NCBI GenBank assembly: GCA_016866495.1
Contig: VGMG01000006.1
Coordinates: 28,513-92,512 of the forward strand
Direction: 5' to 3'
DNA length: 64,000 nt
Source: Chlamydiota bacterium
Lineage (GTDB): Bacteria > Chlamydiota > Chlamydiia > Chlamydiales > RGXB01
The notes under the pieces are model-generated. The model had not been told where the DNA came from. It saw nothing but the letters and a program-made list of their open reading frames with translations, and searched no databases. Made by a program: the position numbers and the translations under genes. Below are positions 28,177 to 37,162 of this stretch, piece after piece (within the stretch, counting starts at the first letter, position 1; each line of letters starts with the position of its first letter).

Positions 28177-30154
28177 ATACGAAGAACTGATTGAAACTCT
28201 ACGAGAGCATGATCGTCGTTATTATGTAGAGTGTAAACCCACAATTACCGATTACGATTATGATGTACTAGTTTTTAGGCTTTTAGAAATTGAAAAAGCT
28301 CATCCTGATTGGATTGTTCCATCTTCTCCAACGCAGCGTGTTGATGAGGGTCAAACGCGCGGATTCAAGCAAGCCGAACATTTAGCTCCGATGCTGTCTT
28401 TACAAAATACCTACTCGATTGAAGAGATTAAAGATTTTATCGATCGGGTAAAAAAGCTTACGCATCTTTCTCATCCCACATTTTCTTTAGAACTTAAAAT
28501 CGATGGTGTTGCAATAGCAATTCGCTATAAAAACGGCTTTCTTGTGCAGGCAATCACCAGAGGAGATGGTAAAAAAGGGGATGATGTGACCCAAAATGTC
28601 AAAACTATCCACACACTTCCGATGCATTTAAAAGAAAAAGATATTCCCGATCTTTTAGAGGTGCGTGGAGAGGTGTATCTTTCCAAAAAAGATTTCCTTC
28701 TCATGAATGAACAAAGACAAGAGGAGGGGCTCGAACCCTGGGCAAACCCAAGAAATGCCTGTGCCGGTTCCCTAAAACTTTTAGATGCCAAAGAGGTCTA
28801 TAAACGTCATTTGAATTTGATCACCTACCAAGTAAGTTACGGTCATGAAATCCCCTTGCAGAGTGCAGTCCACCCCTACCTAAAAAAGCACCACTTCCCC
28901 GTTCTTGAGTCGATATTTTTGAAAAAAACGCAGTATATCGACGAGATTGAGGAATACATCCATTTCGTTGCAAAAAAAAGACACGAGCTCCCTTTTGACA
29001 TAGATGGTATTGTGATTAAATTTGACGATACCAGCTACTACGAATCGATGGGGATGACCGGAAAATCTCCTCGCTGGGCAGTAGCGTATAAATTTGCACC
29101 TGAACAGGCCGTGACAAGGGTTTTAGGGATCACAATTCAGGTAGGTCGAACTGGTGTATTAACCCCTGTAGCGGAGCTTGAGCCAGTTTTCTTATCGGGA
29201 TCAACGATTAGCCGCGCAAGCTTACACAATGAAGAAGAGGTGGAGCGTAAGGACATTCGAGTCCATGATACGGTATATATCGAAAAGGCGGGGGAAATTA
29301 TTCCGCAGGTTGTCAAAGTCGATTTAGAGAAAAGGTCGAAAAATTCCTCAAAATGGCATATGCCCACGCACTGTCCTTTTTGCGATACTAAAGTCGTCAA
29401 AGTTGAGAATGAGGTGGCGGTACGCTGTCCAAATTCTAGCAGTTGTCCTGCTCAAGGAATGCGAAGGCTCCATTTTTTCGTAGCAAAAGGGGCTATGGAT
29501 GTGGAGCATTTGGGGGATAAAGTTGTCGAAAAGCTTTTTGAATCTAAACTTGTGCAAAGGCCAAGCGATTTTTACAGATTATCGATAGAGGATCTTTTAT
29601 CGCTTCCCGGTTTTAAGGAAAAGTCTGCAAAAAACTTGTATGACAGTATTCAAGAATCAAAAAAACGCTCGCTTGATCGATTTATTTTAGGTCTAGGAAT
29701 ACCCCACGTTGGGGCACAGTCGGCACACCTTTTAGCCAATCGGATCGGTTCACTAAAAAAACTGATCGAGGTGAAGAAAGAAGATCTTTTAAGAATAGAT
29801 GGTATTGGCGAGAAAACAGCCGATGCGATTGTGGCTTTTTTTGATCATCCAATCCATCGAGAAGATATAGAGCTTTTGATTGAGGTTGGAGTCGAGCCCA
29901 CTCAGGTAAAAAAATCTTATGATACGGATCACCCTTTTTGCAAAAAAACTTTCTGCCTAACTGGTACTTTGACAAAATACACCCGCCAAGAGGCAACCGA
30001 TCTAATACTAAAACACGGGGGGACAGTTGTGAATAGCGTGACGAAGAAAACTGACTATCTTTTAGCAGGGGATGAAGCGGGTTCTAAGCTTGAAAAAGCA
30101 AAAACTGCCGGTGTCAAAATCGTAGACGAGGATTGGTTTGAAAAACATCTATGA
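28145..30154 (+). CDS. ligA: NAD-dependent DNA ligase
   Basis: 669 aa. Adenylation motif LELKIDGVAI, Zn-finger CPFC...C..C, HhH repeats, C-terminal BRCT. Exact start uncertain (TTG 28145 or 28157). Confidence 0.94.
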   Translation: MRWILKATRAEYEELIETLREHDRRYYVECKPTITDYDYDVLVFRLLEIEKAHPDWIVPSSPTQRVDEGQTRGFKQAEHLAPMLSLQNTYSIEEIKDFIDRVKKLTHLSHPTFSLELKIDGVAIAIRYKNGFLVQAITRGDGKKGDDVTQNVKTIHTLPMHLKEKDIPDLLEVRGEVYLSKKDFLLMNEQRQEEGLEPWANPRNACAGSLKLLDAKEVYKRHLNLITYQVSYGHEIPLQSAVHPYLKKHHFPVLESIFLKKTQYIDEIEEYIHFVAKKRHELPFDIDGIVIKFDDTSYYESMGMTGKSPRWAVAYKFAPEQAVTRVLGITIQVGRTGVLTPVAELEPVFLSGSTISRASLHNEEEVERKDIRVHDTVYIEKAGEIIPQVVKVDLEKRSKNSSKWHMPTHCPFCDTKVVKVENEVAVRCPNSSSCPAQGMRRLHFFVAKGAMDVEHLGDKVVEKLFESKLVQRPSDFYRLSIEDLLSLPGFKEKSAKNLYDSIQESKKRSLDRFILGLGIPHVGAQSAHLLANRIGSLKKLIEVKKEDLLRIDGIGEKTADAIVAFFDHPIHREDIELLIEVGVEPTQVKKSYDTDHPFCKKTFCLTGTLTKYTRQEATDLILKHGGTVVNSVTKKTDYLLAGDEAGSKLEKAKTAGVKIVDEDWFEKHL

Positions 30155-30167
30155 TCTTTGAAGTACC

Positions 30168-30199
30168 CTCCCCTTGTAAGGGGAGAGGAAACTTTTTTT
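30168..30199 (+). terminator. Hairpin plus T-run downstream of ligA
   Basis: CTCCCC (30168-73) / GGGGAG (30180-85) with 6-nt loop. T7 run at 30193-30199. Confidence 0.45.
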
Positions 30200-30207
30200 A
30201 GATCGAT

Positions 30208-31536
30208 CTAAACGATCAGGGGCTTTTTTACTGTTCCAATTAGAGTACTATGGTTAAACCCGCTGATATCTACCATCTGTAAAGTTCCGATTAAAGAATC
30301 ATCGCCTTCCAATATGACGTTTTTCCAGCAGCGTGTCGTCCCTTTTAGTTGACCGTTTTTATTTTTGCCCTCGACAAGCACCTCCATAGGTGTGTTTACA
30401 AGCTCTAGACGCTCTTCTTGGGCTTTTTTTTCGTAAAGCTCTAAAAGACGGTGGAGGCGTTGTTGTTTAACCTCCTCGGGAACATCATCTTGCCAACGCA
30501 TGGCAGGTGTCCCTTTCCTAGGGCTATAGGCAAATATAAAAGCGACAGAAAAACCGATCTCATCAAAAAGTTGGTAGGTCTCTTCAAATTCTGCGTCTGT
30601 TTCCGAACAAAAACCTACGATAATGTCGGTCCCTAGTTTTGCGTTAGGTGCAATCGATCGTAAAAGAGCGACTTTTTCTATGTATTGCTCTTTAGTGTAA
30701 ATTCGATGCATTTTTTTCAAAATTCGGTTAGAGCCGGCCTGTAGTGGGAAGTGGACAAACTCACAGACGGTTCTTAAATCTCTGACCGCTTCCATCAACT
30801 GAACGCTAATATCAATAGGGTGAGAAGTTAAAAAGCGCACCCGCTCTAACCCCTCGATTTTGTCCAATCTATAAAGAAGGTCATGGAAAAGCACTCCAGT
30901 TTCGGGACGATCTTTTCCGTAACTATTCACATTTTGCCCTAAAAGGGTGACCTCTTTGTACCCTTTCTGGACAAGGTCGCGCACCTCCCTTTCAATCTCT
31001 TCATGAGGGCGCGAAACCTCTTGACCTCTTGTGTAGGGAACAACACAGTAGGTGCAATATTTGTCGCAACCGCGGATGATCGATACGTAACCTTTAATTT
31101 TGTGCTCTCTTTCGGCTATCGTGTAATCAAGGGCGTCGTACTCTCCTTCGGTGCGTATTTGCTGTTTACCCGATGCGACCACATCATCAAGAACATTATT
31201 TAATTCAGAAAGGTTGTTTGTCCCAATAACAAAATCTACGTGGGGAAGCTTCTTAAAAAGGGTCTCTTTTTTAGCCATCGCCATGCAGCCGGTTACCCCT
31301 ATAAGCTTATTACGCATTTTTGAGCGGCCTAGCTGCCCCAGTTTCCCCATCACTTTGCGCTCTGCTAGGTCTCTAATAGAACAGGTATTGAAGACCAACA
31401 GATCGGCAAGCTCTTCGTCAAGAACTCTTTTTAATCCGCGCCGCTTGAGCTGGCCTACCATGACCTCGCTCTCGAGCTCATTCATCTGGCAACCATATGT
31501 TCTAATAAAGAAAGTTTTTGGATCTTTTATCTTCAT
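30208..31536 (-). CDS. miaB: tRNA-2-methylthio-N6-dimethylallyladenosine synthase
   Basis: 442 aa. FIRTYGCQMNELESE, radical-SAM CDKYCTYC and TRAM domain. Confidence 0.92.
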   Translation of the reverse strand: MKIKDPKTFFIRTYGCQMNELESEVMVGQLKRRGLKRVLDEELADLLVFNTCSIRDLAERKVMGKLGQLGRSKMRNKLIGVTGCMAMAKKETLFKKLPHVDFVIGTNNLSELNNVLDDVVASGKQQIRTEGEYDALDYTIAEREHKIKGYVSIIRGCDKYCTYCVVPYTRGQEVSRPHEEIEREVRDLVQKGYKEVTLLGQNVNSYGKDRPETGVLFHDLLYRLDKIEGLERVRFLTSHPIDISVQLMEAVRDLRTVCEFVHFPLQAGSNRILKKMHRIYTKEQYIEKVALLRSIAPNAKLGTDIIVGFCSETDAEFEETYQLFDEIGFSVAFIFAYSPRKGTPAMRWQDDVPEEVKQQRLHRLLELYEKKAQEERLELVNTPMEVLVEGKNKNGQLKGTTRCWKNVILEGDDSLIGTLQMVDISGFNHSTLIGTVKKPLIV

Positions 31537-31653
31537 GGCGTTAAAGATTAACTGAGAATCCTTTTCTTCACAAGATTAGCAAGGGAGATTCAAGAAAAGA
31601 AGCTTGTATTAAATGGAAAAAAGGGGTACCATAGCCGAGAAAAAAGGATCGAA

Positions 31654-32088
31654 ATGCAACCCAATTTGAAAATGACAAAAACTTTTCAACGGTCTGAAAG
31701 TAAAAAAAATACTTTTTTGATCGATGCTAAAGGTAAGACCCTTGGGCGCTTGTCTTCAGAGATCGCAAAAATTTTGACAGGCAAGCACAAACCTGTTTTC
31801 ACTCCGAATGTGGATCTAGGTGATGCTGTTGTTGTCGTGAACGCGAAAGATATCGTTGTTACCGGCACAAAAGAGGTAAATAAAATTTATGGTTACCATA
31901 CTGGTTGGATGGGAGGACGCCGCGAGGTTCCTTTCCGCACCATGAAAGAGCGTAACCCAGGATATATTATTGAGCACGCCGTCAAGGGGATGTTACCTAA
32001 GACGACTCTTGCTCATGAGCAGATCAAAAAACTCCGTGTCTTCAAAGATGAAAATCACGGAATGACTAATGAGATGATCACGCTTTAA
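31654..32088 (+). CDS. rplM: 50S ribosomal protein L13
   Basis: 144 aa. DAKGKTLGRLSSEIAKILTGKHKPVFTP motif. Start could be the internal M at aa 7. Confidence 0.93.
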   Translation: MQPNLKMTKTFQRSESKKNTFLIDAKGKTLGRLSSEIAKILTGKHKPVFTPNVDLGDAVVVVNAKDIVVTGTKEVNKIYGYHTGWMGGRREVPFRTMKERNPGYIIEHAVKGMLPKTTLAHEQIKKLRVFKDENHGMTNEMITL

Positions 32089-32108
32089 GGATAAGGACCG
32101 GTTTTAAA

Positions 32109-32507
32109 ATGCAAAAACTCCACGAAGTAGTCGCAATCGGAAGAAGAAAAACAGCTGTTGCTAGCGTCCGTCTCCGTCCTGCTACCAAAAACGAGATGCT
32201 CGTCAACGAGAGAAAAATGGATGAGTACTTCCCCATCCCAAGCCAAGTCCAAACTGCTTTAGCTCCCTTGAAGGTAGCTGAACTTCTAGACAAGTACGAT
32301 ATCTTCGTCCGTGTTTGCGGTGGAGGATTAATGGCACAAGCAGAGGCAATCCGTTTAGGTGTTGCACGTGCAATTTTGATGGAAAACGAATTTTTACGTT
32401 CACAACTTAAATCAGAAGGGTTCCTCCGTAGAGACCCAAGACGTAGAGAGCGTAAAAAGTACGGACAACGTGGTGCACGTCGTCGCTTCCAATTCTCAAA
32501 ACGTTAG
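32109..32507 (+). CDS. rpsI: 30S ribosomal protein S9
   Basis: 132 aa. GGGLMAQAEAIRLGVARA and C-terminal KYGQRGARRRFQFSKR. Confidence 0.93.
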   Translation: MQKLHEVVAIGRRKTAVASVRLRPATKNEMLVNERKMDEYFPIPSQVQTALAPLKVAELLDKYDIFVRVCGGGLMAQAEAIRLGVARAILMENEFLRSQLKSEGFLRRDPRRRERKKYGQRGARRRFQFSKR

Positions 32508-32537
32508 TTTTTGTCTTACAACAAAAAACTTTCATGC

Positions 32538-32567
32538 AAAAAGACCCGCTACGCCAGTGGGTCTTTT
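32538..32567. terminator. Bidirectional rho-independent terminator candidate (rpsI / M32 peptidase convergent pair)
   Basis: A-run, then stem AGACCC (32542-47) / GGGTCT (32559-64), then T-run. Confidence 0.55.
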
Positions 32568-32574
32568 CATTTTG

Positions 32575-34005
32575 TTAGCTGTCCAAAAACCGCTCTTTGA
32601 GATAATCCAGGTATCTTTTTGAGCTCAAGGGTTTTTTTGTAGATTGTTTTAATAGATTTGGGAGATTGTAGAGGCTTCCATGTGTATGGACCGCTCTTTT
32701 CAGCCAATCTCGCAACGGCTTGAGATCTCCTTTCAATAGACAGTCCTGTAAAGGAATTTCTTTTTTAAGACATTCGTACTGGTCAGCTGCATACATGCAC
32801 CCTGTGAGGTAGGTGGGAAAATAGCCAAAACTTCCGGATGCCCAGTGGATATCTTGAAGACACCCTTGAGCATCGTCCTCCACATTAAGGTCCAAAAGTT
32901 TTCTTTGATAATCTCGAAAGACTTTAGGCAGATCTTCTACTTGAAGCTCTCCTTCAATGAGCTCTTTTTCAATTTTTGTTCTAAAAATGATATGCAGGGG
33001 ATAGGTGAATTCATCCGATTCGATTCGTATAGGGTTGGGTGAGACTGCGTGTCTAGAACGGATCATCTCATCCAGAGTAAAAGGCATATCTTTTAGAGTA
33101 TTTTGACATTTTTTAAAAAGAAGGGTCAAAAAATCCTTTGATCCACCGATGCAGGTTTCAAAAAGCTTTGATTGACTCTCATGCACTGTTAACGAGAGGG
33201 CTTGGTTCAATGGATAAAGTTTTTCATGTGGCAACTGGAGATCATACAGGGCATGTCCAAGCTCATGTAGCGTGGAAAATAGCGCTTCAAAAAGATCTTG
33301 AGGGTTATAGCGTGTTGTTAGACGGATATCTGTGGGGGCGATCATATCGCAAAATGGGTGGGTAGATTCTGCCAGATAGGTTTTGGGGGCTATGAGATCC
33401 ACTATCGATCCACATATTTTTTTTTGTTCTTCAATAGAAGCGGGCAGTGGAATAGGAGAAATTTGAGGTGTTTTTTTTTCTTTGAGAATCTTTGTAAGCT
33501 CTTTCTCGATAGGATCAAAAAGTTCTTCAATTTCTTTAAATGTTAAATCTTTATCATAAAAAGATAGAAGCGTGTCGTAACGGGATTTTCCTTTTTTTAA
33601 GTGGTCGGCAACCTCTTGATTCAGTCGGATCATCTCTTTTAGATCAGATTGAAAAAGAGAAAAATCTTTTTTATCGCGCGCTTTTTTCCAAGATTCAATC
33701 GATAGCACCGTGTGTTTTGCAAGTCGCTCAACGAGATCTTTTGGAAGAGAGTTCTTTTCTACCTCATCAAACAGTAATTCTTGATGCCTTTTTTCGGTTG
33801 GGTTCGATGGAGTGCTCATTAAATAGGATCTGATTTTTTCATCAAGGATACGATCTTGGATAAGACTTTCAATCAAAGCGGACTGTTCTGCTCGAAAGGG
33901 GGTAGCACTCTTTGGCATAAGAGTTTCTTGGTCCCATGATAAAAGAGATTTTATCGACTTGAGGTAGGTGATCTCATTTAGATGAGTCTTGAGAGAATGT
34001 GACAT
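32575..34005 (-). CDS. Carboxypeptidase Taq-like metallopeptidase (M32 family)
   Basis: 476 aa. M32 signature series: THPF, DIRLTTRY, HELGHALY, HESQS, IRIESDE, LQDIHW. Confidence 0.87.
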   Translation of the reverse strand: MSHSLKTHLNEITYLKSIKSLLSWDQETLMPKSATPFRAEQSALIESLIQDRILDEKIRSYLMSTPSNPTEKRHQELLFDEVEKNSLPKDLVERLAKHTVLSIESWKKARDKKDFSLFQSDLKEMIRLNQEVADHLKKGKSRYDTLLSFYDKDLTFKEIEELFDPIEKELTKILKEKKTPQISPIPLPASIEEQKKICGSIVDLIAPKTYLAESTHPFCDMIAPTDIRLTTRYNPQDLFEALFSTLHELGHALYDLQLPHEKLYPLNQALSLTVHESQSKLFETCIGGSKDFLTLLFKKCQNTLKDMPFTLDEMIRSRHAVSPNPIRIESDEFTYPLHIIFRTKIEKELIEGELQVEDLPKVFRDYQRKLLDLNVEDDAQGCLQDIHWASGSFGYFPTYLTGCMYAADQYECLKKEIPLQDCLLKGDLKPLRDWLKRAVHTHGSLYNLPNLLKQSTKKPLSSKRYLDYLKERFLDS

Positions 34006-34823
34006 AAACTTTTACCCAGTATATGTGAGCCTAAATAGATAATAGAGGTTCTGCCTAATATCATTAAAGGGCGAGAGTTTCGGCTAAATTTGAATGCTTG
34101 CCAGCTGATTAAAAACGGAATGAGAGCAACTAGAAAGATTTGAAAAGGTTTTGAGATATCGTGCAAAATTTTTGGTTTAATAGATAACTTTAGCGCAATC
34201 GGTTTTTCAAGATTTTTCCAGTGTAGCGAAGAGCTGTTTTTTTCTAAAATTTTTTGGGCAAGGAAAACTTTTCTATGAGGATCAAAATCCTCTGTAAAGT
34301 AAAGGGTATTATTTTGACTGTAGAAATAAGCATCCTTTTTGCCCCCTAAAGAGTAGAGCACTTTTTGGTTGTGCATAAGATCGAGAACTTGTACCGGATG
34401 GAAATTTGTTTTGTAAGAGCCAACAACAGAGCCATTCTGAATTTTTTCCTCGTTAGTCGCATCATAAAATAGATAAAACGAACCTTCAAACAATAGGAGT
34501 GAAAACGAGATATAAATCAGAGGTTTCAAAAGATTAAATCGGCTGATTCCCTGGGATAAAAATGCGACAATCTCCATCCGGATTTGAAGAAGGGTATAAG
34601 TTAAGCATGAAGACATAAGCAGAGCCAACGGGGCTAATATATAAGTGTGGGCTAGGGTAATACGTAAGACGTGCTCTATAAGCTCCAGGATCAGAAATCG
34701 ATTTTTTTCAGCCATTTCCATGTGCATCGCAATGAAGTTGATCATGAATACGCAGCAAAAAATGAGGTAGCACCCTAAAAAATTTCTAAGTAGCTGCTTA
34801 AAAATATATCGAAAAGGGTTCAT
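33978..34823 (-). CDS. LptF/LptG-family (YjgP/YjgQ) permease, second gene of pair
   Basis: Multi-TM protein. Start set at the ATG 34823 that forms an ATGA overlap with the upstream permease stop (MNPFRYIFKQLLRNF). Confidence 0.7.
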   Translation of the reverse strand: MNPFRYIFKQLLRNFLGCYLIFCCVFMINFIAMHMEMAEKNRFLILELIEHVLRITLAHTYILAPLALLMSSCLTYTLLQIRMEIVAFLSQGISRFNLLKPLIYISFSLLLFEGSFYLFYDATNEEKIQNGSVVGSYKTNFHPVQVLDLMHNQKVLYSLGGKKDAYFYSQNNTLYFTEDFDPHRKVFLAQKILEKNSSSLHWKNLEKPIALKLSIKPKILHDISKPFQIFLVALIPFLISWQAFKFSRNSRPLMILGRTSIIYLGSHILGKSLCHILSRLI

Positions 34824-35824
34824 CTCATCTCCCTCTGAATTCTGTATATAATAAAGGGGAGAGGAAAAAATGGAATCAAAAGGTACCACAAAAAGAAAGG
34901 ATTTATTGAGGAACGGATCGTCAAATAGAAAAAGTAGGTGAATACTGCAACCAGGATACAGATCAGTAGCTGGCTATCTTGAGTTCTTCTGTGCCGGCTG
35001 ACTCCATACACAGTTGCCAGCATAAACAAAGCGGCAGGCAACAATGAAATACAAATTCGCCTGCAAATTTCTGAAACAGAGAGTTTGCTTTTAAGAGGTA
35101 GGTGCTCTTCATAGCCCTGCGGAAAATGGAAAAGAGTAGGTATGTCTTCTTTGTGCATATACCCCTCATCTAATTGACTCAGAATATGCCCATCCTCCTG
35201 TGAAAAAATTTGGAGGATCTCGTCTGCTTTAAAGCCTTTCATCTCATCATTCTTGAGATTTTTCAGAATGCACAGATCTAAATGCTCCCCCCCTTTTTTT
35301 TGCCCTGCTATAAGGACAGTTTGTTCACAAGATTCAGGAGTCTGTTTTATTGACGTCACAGCTATTGGATAGGTTTTGGGCTGAAAATGTTTCAACATGA
35401 GCATAGGGTTTTGGTATATAGCCTCGAGAACGATTCTCTTTCCTAAAAGCCGGTACTTTGGGCAAATATCGGCATTGAGAAAGAAAATCACCATGAAAAG
35501 ATGGGCTGCTATAAGAAGAGCTGGTGATAGAATTAAGATTCGATTTAACCCTAAGGTCGAGTAAGCGGTCCATTCACCAAACTGGGAGAGCCGATTGCTT
35601 ATCAAATAGCCCGCGATGGCTGCGGCTAAAGGGCAGGCAAGGGTAAAAAAAAAGGGGGTGTTGTAAAGAATAAATTTTCCCAAAAAAGCGACGGGGGCGC
35701 CAGAATCGAGGAAGAAAACCAGCTCTTTAAAACGAAAAAGAAACGATAGAAGCGTTAAAAAAAAAGTATAAAAAAAGAAAGTGGGGACAAACGCTTTAAA
35801 ATAGGTGCGCCAAAGTACAGGCAT
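34820..35824 (-). CDS. LptF/LptG-family (YjgP/YjgQ) permease, first gene of pair
   Basis: 334 aa. N-terminal three TM segments, central soluble domain, C-terminal TM segments. Paired arrangement as in lptFG. Confidence 0.7.
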   Translation of the reverse strand: MPVLWRTYFKAFVPTFFFYTFFLTLLSFLFRFKELVFFLDSGAPVAFLGKFILYNTPFFFTLACPLAAAIAGYLISNRLSQFGEWTAYSTLGLNRILILSPALLIAAHLFMVIFFLNADICPKYRLLGKRIVLEAIYQNPMLMLKHFQPKTYPIAVTSIKQTPESCEQTVLIAGQKKGGEHLDLCILKNLKNDEMKGFKADEILQIFSQEDGHILSQLDEGYMHKEDIPTLFHFPQGYEEHLPLKSKLSVSEICRRICISLLPAALFMLATVYGVSRHRRTQDSQLLICILVAVFTYFFYLTIRSSINPFFLWYLLIPFFPLPFIIYRIQREMR

Positions 35825-35863
35825 AGGTTCACAGTATCGAAGATATCTGGTATAATTGACAAG

Positions 35864-37051
35864 GTGCGAACGTTAAATAATCTCAATATACCCCAAGAAA
35901 TCGATAAAAAAGACCCTATTTTGGTAGCGGTCTCCTTTGGTCCCGATTCGATGGCCCTTCTACATAGGCTTATAGAGGCAGGATTTTTAGACATCCATGT
36001 GATTCATGTCCACCATGGCCTAAGAAAAGAATCGGATGACGAACTACTAGCGCTTCAGAACTTTTGCAAAGAGCGAGATCTAAAATTTTTTTATAAAAGA
36101 TTGTCTATTATGAGTTCGATGAATAATCTCGAGGATACCTTACGGCAAGAGAGATTCCTTTTTTTTAAAGAAATTTACTTCAAGATTGAGGCAAAAGCTC
36201 TTTTTCTCGGTCAACAAGCTAATGAGCAGGTGGAGACCGGTCTAAAACGTCTATTTGAGGGTGCCCACTTTTCGCAGTTCAAGGGTATAGAGTTTGAAAA
36301 AAACCTATGGGGAATGCGAGTAATTAGGCCACAACTAAGCGATTGGAAAGAGGATATTTTAGCCTACCTTGCACATCATAAAATCCCCTTTTCGACGGAT
36401 CAATCCAACTTCAGTGAACGATTCTTAAGGGGCCGTATGCGAAAAGAGATGATCCCTCAATTAAAAAGACAATTTGGTAAGGAATTAGAAAAAAACATAC
36501 ATTATTTTATGGAAAAAATTACAGATTGGAATGCCCATCTGGAAAAGAGGATAGAGGTGTCCTGGTCGAACAAAATTTTTGGGCCCTATGGAGATTTTTT
36601 TTCTAAAGAGTTTCTTGATAGATTAGATCAAGTAGAGCTAGATTATCTTTTTTACAAAGCAGAGATTAAACACCGAGCTATTCGCAAGCGCCTTTTGGCT
36701 CACTGGAGTAATCAAGAGTTTGGTAAAAAGCTTCATATGGAATCTTGGATAGTTCATGTTGAGCAGGTGGGGATATTTATCCAAAAAAAACCGATCGAAT
36801 TGGAGCAAACGCATCAAAAAAAGGGTGCACTTGGGGGCTGGCTTACTTTTTGGAAAGGGGAAAACGGCTATTTTCCAACTGAAAAAAAGGAAAGGTGGGC
36901 TAAATTACAAGCATTAAAACCTGCATTACGAGAAAAAATTTTAAAAGAATATTCCAGGCAAAAAATACCTATTTTTTTACGAAAAAATGTTTATGTCCTT
37001 GAAGATCAGGGAAAAGTTATTTATGATATTTTATCCCTCTGTTATCCTTAG
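35864..37051 (+). CDS. tilS: tRNA(Ile)-lysidine synthase
   Basis: 395 aa, GTG start. PP-loop-like ILVAVSFGPDSMALLH. Position between the lptFG-like genes and ftsH as in Chlamydiaceae (recalled). Confidence 0.75.
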   Translation: MRTLNNLNIPQEIDKKDPILVAVSFGPDSMALLHRLIEAGFLDIHVIHVHHGLRKESDDELLALQNFCKERDLKFFYKRLSIMSSMNNLEDTLRQERFLFFKEIYFKIEAKALFLGQQANEQVETGLKRLFEGAHFSQFKGIEFEKNLWGMRVIRPQLSDWKEDILAYLAHHKIPFSTDQSNFSERFLRGRMRKEMIPQLKRQFGKELEKNIHYFMEKITDWNAHLEKRIEVSWSNKIFGPYGDFFSKEFLDRLDQVELDYLFYKAEIKHRAIRKRLLAHWSNQEFGKKLHMESWIVHVEQVGIFIQKKPIELEQTHQKKGALGGWLTFWKGENGYFPTEKKERWAKLQALKPALREKILKEYSRQKIPIFLRKNVYVLEDQGKVIYDILSLCYP

Positions 37052-37162
37052 TAATCTCGTGATGAATTTTTAGTTGAATCTTTAATTCAGTTGTTGCGAT
37101 AGGTAAAGGTACATCAGGTTAGTTGCTCTGATTTTTTATATATTTAATTTTGGATTTTGTGC